64,000 nt of DNA from Clostridiales bacterium. GTDB taxonomy: Bacteria > Bacillota > Clostridia > Oscillospirales > Oscillospiraceae. How positions within the stretch are numbered: the stretch's first letter is position 1; each line of letters opens with the position of its first letter. Location of the stretch: NCBI GenBank assembly GCA_014799475.1, contig JAAVHX010000033.1, forward strand, positions 21,267 to 85,266, read 5' to 3'. The notes beneath the pieces were generated by a model. That model worked only from the letters and a program-made list of their open reading frames with translations, was not told where the DNA came from and searched no databases. Shown piece by piece: positions 49,203-59,239 of the stretch. A program made the position numbers and the translations under genes.

Positions 49203-50807
49203 ATGGCAACGGGTACGAAATTTATCTTTGTCACCGGCGGCGTGGTGTCCGGGCTGGGCAAGGGCATCACGGCAGCGTCCCTGGGGCGGCTGCTGAAGCA
49301 GCGGGGCCTGCGGGTGCGGGTGCAGAAGCTGGACCCCTATCTGAACGTAGACCCCGGCACCATGAGCCCGTATCAGCACGGGGAGGTGTTCGTCACCGAC
49401 GACGGGGCGGAGACCGACCTGGATCTGGGCCACTACGAGCGGTTTATCGACGAGAATTTGACCTATAACTCCTCCGTGTCCTCCGGCAAGGTGTACTGGA
49501 ACGTACTCAACCGGGAGCGGGCGGGAGATTACCTGGGGGGGACGGTGCAGATCATCCCCCACATCACCGACGAGATCAAGCGGCACATCTACTCCCTGGA
49601 GGCCCCCGATGTAGACGTGGCTATCGTGGAGATCGGCGGCACCGTGGGCGACATCGAGTCCCAGCCCTTCCTGGAGGCCATCCGGCAGGTGGCCGCCCAG
49701 CGGGGTCGGCAGAACGTGATGTTTATCCACGTGTCCCTCATCGTGTCCATCCCCGGCTCGGGGGAGCTGAAGTCCAAGCCCACCCAGCACTCCGCCAAAG
49801 AGTTATTATCCCTTGGGATCCAACCAGACGTTATCATGTGCCGCAGCGATTACCCCATCCCAAAGGACATTCTGGACAAGATTTCGCTGTTCTGCAACAT
49901 CCCGGAGGATCACGCCATCCCCAACCTCACCGCCGACATTTTGTACGAAGTGCCGCTGATGCTGGAGCGGGAAGGGCTGGCCGACGTGGTGGTGCGGAGG
50001 CTGGGGCTGATCTGCCATATGCCCGACCTGACCGAGTGGGCCACTATGGTCCACCGTGCCAAGCACCCCAAAGGGACGGTGACCATCGCGCTGGTGGGCA
50101 AGTATGTGGCCCTCCACGACGCCTACCTGTCGGTGGTGGAGGCCCTCACCCACGGCGGCATTGAGAACGACGTGTCGGTGGAGGTGCGCTGGGTGAACTC
50201 GGAGGAGGTCACCGCCGACACCGTGGACGGCCTGCTGGCAGGCGCCCAGGGCATCCTGGTGCCCGGCGGCTTCGGCGACCGGGGCATCGAGGGCAAGATC
50301 GAGGCCATCCGATATGCCAGAGAGAATAAAGTCCCCTTCCTGGGTATCTGTCTGGGGATGCAGATGGCGGTAGTGGAGTTCGCCCGGAACGTGTGCGGCA
50401 TGAAGGGGGCCCACTCCGCCGAGCTGGCCCCCCAGACCCCCTATCCCGTCATCGACCTGATGCCCGACCAGGTGGGGGTGACCGCCAAGGGCGGCACCAT
50501 GCGGCTGGGCAGCTACCCCTGCAAATTGGCGGAGGGCTCGCTGGCGGCGGCGATTTACGGGACAAATGAGATCGACGAGCGCCACCGCCACCGCTACGAA
50601 TTCAACAACGAGTATCGGGAGGCGCTGACGAAGGCGGGGCTGTCCCTGTCCGGCCTGTCCCCCGACGGGCGGTTGGTGGAGATGGTGGAGCTGCCGGAGC
50701 ACCCCTGGTTCGTGGCGGGACAGTTCCACCCGGAGCTGAAGTCCCGGCCCAACCGGGCGCATCCGCTGTTTCGGGAGTTTATCGGGGCGGCCAAGAAACA
50801 GAAGTAA
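49203..50807 (+). CDS. pyrG: CTP synthase
   Basis: [46 protein letters not shown]. Confidence 0.97.
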   Translation: MATGTKFIFVTGGVVSGLGKGITAASLGRLLKQRGLRVRVQKLDPYLNVDPGTMSPYQHGEVFVTDDGAETDLDLGHYERFIDENLTYNSSVSSGKVYWNVLNRERAGDYLGGTVQIIPHITDEIKRHIYSLEAPDVDVAIVEIGGTVGDIESQPFLEAIRQVAAQRGRQNVMFIHVSLIVSIPGSGELKSKPTQHSAKELLSLGIQPDVIMCRSDYPIPKDILDKISLFCNIPEDHAIPNLTADILYEVPLMLEREGLADVVVRRLGLICHMPDLTEWATMVHRAKHPKGTVTIALVGKYVALHDAYLSVVEALTHGGIENDVSVEVRWVNSEEVTADTVDGLLAGAQGILVPGGFGDRGIEGKIEAIRYARENKVPFLGICLGMQMAVVEFARNVCGMKGAHSAELAPQTPYPVIDLMPDQVGVTAKGGTMRLGSYPCKLAEGSLAAAIYGTNEIDERHRHRYEFNNEYREALTKAGLSLSGLSPDGRLVEMVELPEHPWFVAGQFHPELKSRPNRAHPLFREFIGAAKKQK

Positions 50808-50808
50808 T

Positions 50809-50840
50809 AAAAACCCCGGACGGCACGCCGTCCGGGGTTT
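50809..50840. terminator. Bidirectional terminator
   Basis: aaaaaccccggacggc-ac-gccgtccggggttt. Confidence 0.8.
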
Positions 50841-50849
50841 CCGCTTATT

Positions 50850-51917
50850 TTATTCCACAGGCACGATCCAGTTGTGGGTGTCCTCCACAGTGCCCCACTG
50901 GATGCCGGTGAGGGTGTCGTACAGCTTCTGGGTCAGCGGGCCGATGTTCCCGCCGCTGACGGTCTCCTTGCGGTCCTCCCAGGCCAGCAGGCCGATGGGA
51001 GACACCACCGCCGCAGTGCCGGTGCCCCAGGCTTCCTCCAGAGTGCCCGCCTGGGCGGCGTCGAACAGCTCCTGGGCGGAGATAAGCCGCTCCTCCACCG
51101 GGATGCCCCAGCCGCGGATCAGCTCCAGGCAGCTCTTGCGGGTGATGCCGGGGAGGACGGAGCCGGTGAGCTCCGGGGTGATGACGGTGCCGTTGATCTT
51201 GAACATCACGTTCATGGAGCCCACTTCCTCAATGTACTTGCGGTGGACGCCGTCCAGCCACAGCACCTGGGAGAAGCCCTGCTCCTCCGCCCGCTCCCCG
51301 GCGCGGATGGAGGCGGCGTAGTTGCCGCCGCACTTGGTGAAGCCGGTGCCGCCCTTGACGGCGCGCACGTCCTCGTCCTCCACGTAGATCTTCACGGGGT
51401 TGATGCCCTCGGGGTAGTAGGCCCCCACCGGGCAGCAGATGACGGCAAAGAGATAGCTGTGGGAGGCGTGGACACCCAGGCCGTTGTCGGTGGCGATGAT
51501 GAAGGGGCGGATATACAGGGAGGTGCCCACCTTGCCGGGCACCCAAGCCTGATCCACGCCCACCACGGCCTTGACGGCCTGCACAAAGTCGTCCTCGGGG
51601 ATCTCGGGGATGCACATCCGGCGGCAGGAGGAGTTCATCCGCTTTGCGTTCTCATAGGGGCGGAAGAGCTGCACCTTGCCGTCAGGGGTGCGATAGGCCT
51701 TCATGCCCTCGAAGATCTCCTGGGCATAGTGGAACACCATGCAGGACAGCTCGAAGGGCAGGGGGCCATAGGGGACGACCCGGGGGTCGTGCCAGCCCTG
51801 GCCGGCGTCGTAGTTCATCAGGAACATATGGTCGGTGAAGGTTCTGCCAAACACCAGGGTATCGGGGTCGGGCTGGGGCTTGAGAGTCTCGGCGCGGGTG
51901 ATTTTAATGTCCAGCAT
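50850..51917 (-). CDS. ilvE: Branched-chain amino acid aminotransferase
   Basis: FGRTFTDHM, HYAQEIFEGMKAY, LYIRPF, KCGGNYA, EEVGSMN, LPGITR, GTAAVVSP. Confidence 0.95.
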   Translation of the reverse strand: MLDIKITRAETLKPQPDPDTLVFGRTFTDHMFLMNYDAGQGWHDPRVVPYGPLPFELSCMVFHYAQEIFEGMKAYRTPDGKVQLFRPYENAKRMNSSCRRMCIPEIPEDDFVQAVKAVVGVDQAWVPGKVGTSLYIRPFIIATDNGLGVHASHSYLFAVICCPVGAYYPEGINPVKIYVEDEDVRAVKGGTGFTKCGGNYAASIRAGERAEEQGFSQVLWLDGVHRKYIEEVGSMNVMFKINGTVITPELTGSVLPGITRKSCLELIRGWGIPVEERLISAQELFDAAQAGTLEEAWGTGTAAVVSPIGLLAWEDRKETVSGGNIGPLTQKLYDTLTGIQWGTVEDTHNWIVPVE

Positions 51918-52240
51918 AAGGATCGCTCCTTTGACGATGTAAAGTACTGATATTATATCAGCGCCGCGGGCGGGACGCAATGGTGAATTTGCTGAAAAGC
52001 TCGGGCGGGAGCGAAACCCCAAAAAAGGGACCGTCATTCGGCTGGGGACGTCATTCGGCTCTGCCGAACGACTGTTCCGGCTGCCTGAATACGGCCCTTC
52101 TGGGCCGCGCCGCGAGTGCGGCGTAAATTCGGAGCCGGGAAGCGGCGGAGAATTGCGCAGGGCTGGCTTTGCCAGCCCGAGCATTGAAATCACCCACGGA
52201 TTCCAAAAAAGAGAGACCGCCAAAGGCGGTCTCTCTTTTT

Positions 52241-52304
52241 TGGAGCGAGTGACGAGGCTCGAACTCGCTATCGCACCCCACAAACTGCGTTTGCGGGGGC
52301 CCCG
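52241..52304 (-). repeat. Exact 30-bp duplicate of the tRNA-Gly 3' end preceded by a short family-A element
   Basis: 52241-52270 equals 52497-52526; 52271-52304 reads CGGGGCCCCCGCAAACGCAGTTTGTGGGGTGCGA on minus. Confidence 0.88.
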
Positions 52305-52496
52305 CACCTCTGATTGCACGTGAATGCGGCACGCCGCATTCACAGGTGGAGGCAGCGAGTTCGGTAAAAGAATACCCCGGGCAGTTTATACTGACCGGGA
52401 ACATTAGGGTGGAGCGACCAGCGGGAGCGGAACAAAAAAAGGACCGTCATTCGCCCTGTGGGCGAACGACGGGTCCTGGTGGTCTGCCAACCACCT

Positions 52497-52572
52497 TGGA
52501 GCGAGTGACGAGGCTCGAACTCGCTACCTCCACCTTGGCAAGGTGGCGCTCTACCAGATGAGCTACACTCGC
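52497..52572 (-). tRNA. tRNA-Gly (GCC)
   Basis: GCGAGTGTAGCTCATCTGGTAGAGCGCCACCTTGCCAAGGTGGAGGTAGCGAGTTCGAGCCTCGTCACTCGCTCCA, 76 nt, cloverleaf with CCA. Confidence 0.97.
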
Positions 52573-52866
52573 AACGAACAAAAAGGATTTTAGCAGGTTC
52601 GATCCCTCTTGTCAAGAGGGAACCGGCAATTTTTTTGTGATTTCAGTCCGGCTGGCCTTTTCACCAAAAAAACTACAGGGATCCGCAAAAAATTCTACAC
52701 AATTTCCCAACGCAATCCCGTTCCAAAGTTTTAATGCAGTACTTGACCAAAGCGCCAAAGGTAGTGTATAATGCTATATCATGTTTTCTCTGAAATGAAA
52801 ACATGATACATATCTCGGCGAACGCAGGGAAACCTGTTGTTCAAATCAGAATAGGAGGATAAGCAA

Positions 52867-55119
52867 ATGAAAAACGCAAAAAAGCTGCTGGCGCTGCTGC
52901 TGGCGCTGGTGATGTGCGTTGGCCTGCTGGCCAGCTGCGGCAAGCAAGCCGCTGACAACAGCGCCTCGCCCGACAACAGCACTGCCCCCGGCAATTCCGC
53001 CGCGCCCGAGACCTATGAGAACAAGATCGTTCTGGGTGACACCACCGAGCTGGGCGGCGACTTCCGCAGCCCCGGCTGGGGCGGCAGCTCCGCCGGCGCG
53101 GCCGACCAGGCCGTGTGGTTCCTGACCGCCGGCTACGCCGTCATGGAGAGCGACCAGGACGGCGTCTACCAGTGGAACCAGACCGCCGTGCTCAACCACT
53201 CCGAGGTGGAGAATGAGGACGGCTCCATCACTTACACCGTGGAGATCGCCCATGACCTGACCTTCAGCGACGGCACTCCCATCACCGCCAAGAACTACGT
53301 GGCCTCCCTTCTGTCCTTCTCCTCCGGCGACGTGTGCGCCGACGCCAACCGCTCCGGCATGAGCGGCCAGATCCTGGTGGGCTTTGACAGCTTCAACCGC
53401 TACGCCGGCCCCGACGGCGATTACACCTCCGAGACCGTCATGACCACCGTCCCCGTGGTGGATGAGAACGGCGAGGAGACCGGCGAGACCACCGAAGAGG
53501 AGACCGCCAACCCCAAGCTGGGCGCCACCAAGGAGTTCTCCGGCGTGCGTCTGCTGGACGAGTACACCTATGAGCTGACTGTTGCCGCCGATCAGGTGAC
53601 CTACTTTGCCGAGCCCAACGCCGCCCTGCAGCCCTATCCCATGGGCCTGTTCCTGGGTGAGGACGTGGATGTCGCGGATGACGGCAACGGCTGCTATCTC
53701 ACCGACAACTTCTATGAGAAGAACGCCGACGGCCAGTATGTCAAGGGTCTGGAGATCCTGGGCAACCGCTTCGACGTGACCAAGTACCCCTTCAGCGGCC
53801 CCTATACCATCACCGAGTGGGACGAGGGCACCAAGCAGGCCACCCTGACCATCAACCCCGAGTATAAGGGTAACTTCGAGGGCCAGAAGCCCTCCATCGA
53901 GACCATCGTGTACGTGAAGGTCGTGAATGAGACCTGTGTTGGCGAGCTGACCAGCGGCGGCGTGGATCTGCTGACCGCCGTCACCGGCGGCGAGACCACC
54001 AAGGCGGCCCTGGCCGAGGTGGACGGTGTGAACTACAACGAGGTTCACTATCAGCGCGCCGGCTACGGCAAGATTCAGTTTGACTGCGACTTCGGCCCCA
54101 CCATGTTCCAGGAGGTCCGTCAGGCCGTGGCTTATCTGCTCAACCGCGTTGAGTTCTGCCAGGCATTTACCGGCGGCTACGGCGTGGTCGTGGACGGCCC
54201 CTACAGCCCCGACTTCGCCGCCTACAAGGCCGTGCAGGACGACATCGAGCTGACCGACTACTCCTTCTCCCCCGACACCGCCATCAAGGTGCTGGAGGAA
54301 GGCGGCTGGATCTACAACTCCAAGGGCGAGCCCTATGAGGCCGGCGCTTCCGGCGTGGACGCTGTCCGCTACAAGAAGCTGACCGCCGAGGAGGCCAATG
54401 CTGTCACCGGCGACGGCGCCAGGGACGTGAACAAGGCCTACTCCTCCGTGGCCAACACCGACGGCGTGACCTACCAGACCGTGGAGATCAACGGCGAGTA
54501 CTATATGCCCCTGGCCATCAACTGGTTCGGCACCGCCGACAACGATGTGACCGATCTGCTGGGCACCATGCTGTCCAACAGCTCCGACCTGGCCGCCGCC
54601 GGCATGGTCATCCGCTCCACCACCGGCGACTTCAACGTGCTGCTGGGCAACATCTACCGCATGAGCGCCCTGGGCTACGAGGGCACCCCCATCTACGGTA
54701 TGTACAACCTGGCCACCGGCTTCAACAGCGCCATCTATGACCGCTCCTACGAGTGGCGCCTGGATCCCATCTACTTCGACTACTCCTCCAACAAGCTGTA
54801 CGACGAGTACGACAAGGCCTTCCCCTATGACCTGGAGAATCCTGAGAGGCTGAGCTACGAGGAGGCCGTGGAGGCTTCCGGCGACAAGCTGGGTATGGAC
54901 TACCTGTCCATGGCCATGGTGTACAACGCCGAGACCGAGGACGAGTACAACCAGTGGTATCAGGGCTATATTGAGCGCTGGAATGAGCTCATGCCCGACA
55001 TCCCCCTGTACTCCAACTACTACTATGACGTGTTCCACGCCAAGCTGGAGAACTTCAAGACCACCCCGTTCTTCGGCCCGAACCGCGCCATTATCTACGC
55101 GAACGTGAAGGGTTATTAA
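52867..55119 (+). CDS. oppA: Family 5 (Opp/Dpp) substrate-binding lipoprotein
   Basis: Lipobox LASC, TFSDGTPITA, SGPY, EVRQAVAYLLNR; first gene of the Opp operon. Confidence 0.85.
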   Translation: MKNAKKLLALLLALVMCVGLLASCGKQAADNSASPDNSTAPGNSAAPETYENKIVLGDTTELGGDFRSPGWGGSSAGAADQAVWFLTAGYAVMESDQDGVYQWNQTAVLNHSEVENEDGSITYTVEIAHDLTFSDGTPITAKNYVASLLSFSSGDVCADANRSGMSGQILVGFDSFNRYAGPDGDYTSETVMTTVPVVDENGEETGETTEEETANPKLGATKEFSGVRLLDEYTYELTVAADQVTYFAEPNAALQPYPMGLFLGEDVDVADDGNGCYLTDNFYEKNADGQYVKGLEILGNRFDVTKYPFSGPYTITEWDEGTKQATLTINPEYKGNFEGQKPSIETIVYVKVVNETCVGELTSGGVDLLTAVTGGETTKAALAEVDGVNYNEVHYQRAGYGKIQFDCDFGPTMFQEVRQAVAYLLNRVEFCQAFTGGYGVVVDGPYSPDFAAYKAVQDDIELTDYSFSPDTAIKVLEEGGWIYNSKGEPYEAGASGVDAVRYKKLTAEEANAVTGDGARDVNKAYSSVANTDGVTYQTVEINGEYYMPLAINWFGTADNDVTDLLGTMLSNSSDLAAAGMVIRSTTGDFNVLLGNIYRMSALGYEGTPIYGMYNLATGFNSAIYDRSYEWRLDPIYFDYSSNKLYDEYDKAFPYDLENPERLSYEEAVEASGDKLGMDYLSMAMVYNAETEDEYNQWYQGYIERWNELMPDIPLYSNYYYDVFHAKLENFKTTPFFGPNRAIIYANVKGY

Positions 55120-55232
55120 GCCGCGCATCATCGCTTAGCATTAAGTGAGATCAGGACGGGGCAGCCAGCCGGTAGGGCCGGCTGCCCCGTCCGCTATTTC
55201 CAAAGGCCACTGTCAAGGAAGGGAAGTACGAC

Positions 55233-56261
55233 ATGGGAAAATATATCATAAAACGACTGGGCTATATGCTGGTGGTGCTGGCGATCCTCTCCTTTATCAT
55301 GTTCTTCGTGTATTCCATCATTCCCTATGACCGGGCGGTGACGGAGGCGGAGCAGTATAAGCAGAGTCTGAAGAACAACCCCAATGGCCCGCAGCTCTAC
55401 CAGGAGAGGATCGAGCAGCTGCGCCGGGAGCTGGGCACCGACCAGAACGTGTTTGTCCGCTACCTGGGCTGGATGGGCCTGGGGCCCATCAACGGCAAGT
55501 ACAACGGCATCCTCCAGGGCAATTTCGGCTACAGCTACGAGTATGACCGGCCGGTCACCCAGGTGCTGGCCTTGCCCCTGCAGAACACTGTCTTTATCAA
55601 CATTTTCGCGACCATTTTGGGCCTGGGGATCACCATACCCTTAGGCATTGTGTGCGCCACCAAGCGGGGCAGCAAGCTGGACACCGGCGTACAGATCGCA
55701 ACTATTGTGGGTTACAGCATCCCGGTGTTCATTATCGCCATTGTCTTTATCTGGCTGTTCGCCGTCACGCTGGGATGGTTCCCGGTGTCGGGCATGAAGA
55801 CGCCAGGATCCAACTATACCGGGCTGGCGGAGCTGAAGGACCGGCTGTATTACATGGCGCTGCCGCTGATCGTCATGACCTTCTCCTCCCTGGGCGGCAT
55901 GACCCGTTATACCCGGGCCGCCATGAGCGAGGCGCTGAGCCTGGACTGCATCCGCACCGCCCGGGCCAAGGGCCTGCGTGAGCGGGTGGTGGTGTACAGC
56001 CACGCTTTCCGCAACGCGCTGATCCCCATCATCACGCTGGTGATCGGCTGGTTCGTCGGGATCTTCTCCGGCTCTATCGTAATCGAGAATATGTTCGGCC
56101 TGAACGGTGTGGGCCGCATCTATATCAACAGCCTGAATGCAAAGGATTTCGAGGTCGTGCTGCTTTTGCAGATGTTCTATGTGATCCTGGGCCTTGCGGG
56201 CAACCTGGTGGTTGACCTGGCCTACGGCCTGGCCGACCCGCGGGTCCGCGTGAATAAGTAA
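55233..56261 (+). CDS. oppB: Opp/Dpp permease B
   Basis: YIIKRL, GNFGYS, RTARAKGL, HAFRNAL, DPRVR. Confidence 0.9.
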   Translation: MGKYIIKRLGYMLVVLAILSFIMFFVYSIIPYDRAVTEAEQYKQSLKNNPNGPQLYQERIEQLRRELGTDQNVFVRYLGWMGLGPINGKYNGILQGNFGYSYEYDRPVTQVLALPLQNTVFINIFATILGLGITIPLGIVCATKRGSKLDTGVQIATIVGYSIPVFIIAIVFIWLFAVTLGWFPVSGMKTPGSNYTGLAELKDRLYYMALPLIVMTFSSLGGMTRYTRAAMSEALSLDCIRTARAKGLRERVVVYSHAFRNALIPIITLVIGWFVGIFSGSIVIENMFGLNGVGRIYINSLNAKDFEVVLLLQMFYVILGLAGNLVVDLAYGLADPRVRVNK

Positions 56262-56276
56262 GGGGGGCGGGATAAG

Positions 56277-58220
56277 ATGAGCGATAAGAAAACCTCCGCC
56301 CAAAAGGGCTTCGCCCCCTTCCGCTGGGTGAGCCGGATGTTCAAGGGCTCCTACGGCGAGATCAAGGACGACCGGTACGACAGCCCCTCCAAGCAGGCGG
56401 TGAAGCGGTTTTTCCGCAGGCCGCTGGCCACCATCTCCGTGATCGTGCTGGTGGGGATGTTCCTGTTCGTGTTCATCGGCTCGGCCATCGCGCCGGTGAA
56501 CCTGACCGAGACGGGCAGCGAAATGCTGCACACCAACGTGGCCCCCACCATGAGCCTGATGAAGCTGCCCGAGGGCATGAAGGACGGCGTGGTGGACATC
56601 TCCTCCCGGGGCGCCTTCACCATCGGCCTGGACACCGACGGCAAGGTGTATATGTGGGGGTTCTACTTCAACGCTTCCGGCAAGCCGGAGCGGGACGTGA
56701 TGAAGATCCCCGAGGTGGTGCAGAACAGCAAGATCGTCCACGTGGCAGCGGGTTCCGACCACTGCGTGGCCATCTCGGAGGACGGCCATGTGTACTGCTG
56801 GGGCGAGCTTGAAAACGGCCAGTACGGCCATGACGGTTCGCTGATCGCGGCTGTCCGCAAGCAGCCGGACGAGCTGATGGGGGACAACACCATCGACGCG
56901 TCCGCCGTGCGCCAGCTGATCTGCGGCAATCAGGTGACCGCCATCCTCATGGAGGACGGCACCCTGTATGCCTGGGGCAACGACGGCCTGTCCGCCACCA
57001 ACCTGTCCTCCGTCATCAAGCATGGCAAGAACGAGGGCAAGCTGGAGAAGATCGTATTCACCAACGACGGTATCTACGGCATCGACGAGCACGGCGATTT
57101 TGTCTGCGGCAAGAGCACCAAGTACAATATCATTACGGTTCAGGACGAGAACGGCAAAAACGTCACCATGGATCTTTTTGAGTATCTGGGCGACCGCAAG
57201 CTGGTGGACATCGCGGCCACCGGCAGCGCGCTGGCCCTGGTCACCGACGACGGCGAGATCGTGGTGTCCGGCATGAAGGATCCGCTGCCCCAGCTGCAGC
57301 CCGACGAGGATGCTGTGGCCGTCAGCGGCGGCACCCGGCATTTCTCCCTGCTCACCGACAAGGGCCGTGTGTACGCCTGGGGCCAGAACTATCGCAGCCA
57401 GTGCAATGTGCCGGGCTCCCTGGCCCAGGAGGGCGCGGCGGACACCGTATTCTCCAGCGGCTTCCAGAACTACGCCTTCAAGGACGGGAAGTATGTGGGC
57501 TGCTGGGGCCTCAAGGGCTACATCATGGGCACCGATGAGATGGGCCGCGATGTATTCAACCGCATCATGAACGGCGGCAAGATGACCATGACGGTGGGCG
57601 CTGTGGCCGTTATCATCTCCACCGTCATCGGCATCATTGTGGGCTGTATCTCCGGCTACTTTGGCGGCGTGGTGGATATGCTGCTCATGCGTCTGTGTGA
57701 GATCGTGGGCGCCATCCCCTTCCTCCCCTTCGCCCTATGCCTGTCGGCCATCTTCCAGTCCACCGACATCCATGAGGATACCCGTATCGTCATCATCATG
57801 ATCATCCTGGGTGTGCTGACGTGGACTGGTCTGGCCCGCCTGGTGCGCGGTCAGATCCTGGCCGAGCGCGAGAAAGAATTCGTCACCGCCGCCCGCTCCA
57901 TGGGCGTGAAGGAGGGGCGGATCGCCTTCCGGCACATCCTTCCCAACATCGTCTCCGTCATCCTGGTGACGGTCACCCTGGACTTCGCCACCTGTATGCT
58001 CACCGAGTCCAGCCTGTCCTACCTGGGCTTCGGCGTGCAGCTGCCCCGGCCCACCTGGGGCAATATGCTCAACGGCTCCAGAAACGCCCTGGTCATCCAG
58101 TCCTACTGGTGGCGCTGGCTGTTCCCGGCCCTGTTCCTGTCCATCGTCGTCATCTGCATCAACACCATCGGCGACACCCTGCGTGACGTGCTCGACCCGA
58201 AATCGGAGGTGGAGAAATAA
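56277..58220 (+). CDS. oppC: Opp/Dpp permease C with an extracellular RCC1-like repeat insertion
   Basis: GTDEMGRD, AARSMG, RHILPN, LSYLGFG; repeats DGKVYMWG, DGHVYCWG, DGTLYAWG, KGRVYAWG. Confidence 0.88.
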   Translation: MSDKKTSAQKGFAPFRWVSRMFKGSYGEIKDDRYDSPSKQAVKRFFRRPLATISVIVLVGMFLFVFIGSAIAPVNLTETGSEMLHTNVAPTMSLMKLPEGMKDGVVDISSRGAFTIGLDTDGKVYMWGFYFNASGKPERDVMKIPEVVQNSKIVHVAAGSDHCVAISEDGHVYCWGELENGQYGHDGSLIAAVRKQPDELMGDNTIDASAVRQLICGNQVTAILMEDGTLYAWGNDGLSATNLSSVIKHGKNEGKLEKIVFTNDGIYGIDEHGDFVCGKSTKYNIITVQDENGKNVTMDLFEYLGDRKLVDIAATGSALALVTDDGEIVVSGMKDPLPQLQPDEDAVAVSGGTRHFSLLTDKGRVYAWGQNYRSQCNVPGSLAQEGAADTVFSSGFQNYAFKDGKYVGCWGLKGYIMGTDEMGRDVFNRIMNGGKMTMTVGAVAVIISTVIGIIVGCISGYFGGVVDMLLMRLCEIVGAIPFLPFALCLSAIFQSTDIHEDTRIVIIMIILGVLTWTGLARLVRGQILAEREKEFVTAARSMGVKEGRIAFRHILPNIVSVILVTVTLDFATCMLTESSLSYLGFGVQLPRPTWGNMLNGSRNALVIQSYWWRWLFPALFLSIVVICINTIGDTLRDVLDPKSEVEK

Positions 58221-59239
58221 TGGCTGATATGCTGCTTGAGGTCAAGAACCTCCACACCTATTTTAAGACCAGGAACGGCACCGTCAAGGCAGTGAACGAC
58301 GTGTCCTACAGCTTGGAACCCGGCAAGACCATCGGCATCGTGGGCGAGTCCGGCTCCGGCAAGAGCGTCTCGGCCATGAGCATCCTGCGCCTGCTGGACG
58401 CCAACGGCTACATTGACTCCGGCGAGATCCTCTTCGAGGGCAGGAACCTGACCGAGCTGTCCAAGGACGAGATGTACCACATCCGCGGCAACGCCATCTC
58501 GGTCATCTTCCAGGAGCCCATGACCAGCCTGAACCCGGTGTTCACTGTGAAGCGCCAGCTGTCCGAGCCCTTCATGATCCACCAGGGCATGAGCAAGAAG
58601 GAGGCGGCGAAAAGGAGCCTGGAGATGCTGGAGGCCGTCCAGATCCCCAATCCCGAGGCGGTGCTCAAGCAGTACCCCCACCAGCTGTCCGGCGGAATGC
58701 GCCAGCGGGTCATGATCGCCATGGCCTTGGCGTGCCGACCCAAGATCCTCATTGCCGACGAACCCACCACCGCCCTGGACGTGACCATCCAGGCCCAGAT
58801 CCTGCGCCTGATGAACGAGCTCCAGGAGGAGAACGGCACCTCCATCATCTTTATCACCCATGACCTGGGCGTCATCAACGAGATGGCCGATGATGTGGCC
58901 GTCATGTACTGCGGCCAGGTGGTGGAAAAGGCCAGCGCCCGCATTATCTTCGCCGACAGCAAGATGAGCCATCCCTATACCGAGGGTTTGATGTTCTCCA
59001 TTCCCCGGCTGGACGCCATCCACACCAAGATCGAGCCCATCCCCGGCGCGGTGCCCCACCCGCTGGACCTGCCCAAGGGCTGCAAATTTGCCCCGCGCTG
59101 CAAGTACTGTACGCAGAAGTGTCTGGAGGAGGAGCCCGGCCTGGTGGACGCCGGCGACGGCCAACTCATCCGCTGCTTCTATCCCGAAAAGGAGGTGAGG
59201 CGCAGTGCAGAGCACCAAAAAATTACTGTCAATCACTAA
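58220..59239 (+). CDS. oppD: Opp/Dpp ATPase D
   Basis: GESGSGKS, FQEPMTSLNP, LSGGMRQR, HPYT, GCKFAPRC. Confidence 0.93.
   Translation: MADMLLEVKNLHTYFKTRNGTVKAVNDVSYSLEPGKTIGIVGESGSGKSVSAMSILRLLDANGYIDSGEILFEGRNLTELSKDEMYHIRGNAISVIFQEPMTSLNPVFTVKRQLSEPFMIHQGMSKKEAAKRSLEMLEAVQIPNPEAVLKQYPHQLSGGMRQRVMIAMALACRPKILIADEPTTALDVTIQAQILRLMNELQEENGTSIIFITHDLGVINEMADDVAVMYCGQVVEKASARIIFADSKMSHPYTEGLMFSIPRLDAIHTKIEPIPGAVPHPLDLPKGCKFAPRCKYCTQKCLEEEPGLVDAGDGQLIRCFYPEKEVRRSAEHQKITVNH

Noticed and set aside
52241-52270. Second tRNA gene or prophage attachment with cargo
   Set aside because: Only the 3' 30 nt are present, and the enclosed 226 bp has no integrase or credible ORF.
51918-52343. Long N-terminal extension of ilvE in the ORF track
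   Set aside because: Runs through repeats and the tRNA duplicate; the real start is MLDIK at 51917 with an AAGGAG RBS.
55155-55192. Strong hairpins after oppA (and after mglB at about 62238-62273)
   Set aside because: Ordinary intercistronic stem-loops commonly found after binding-protein genes.
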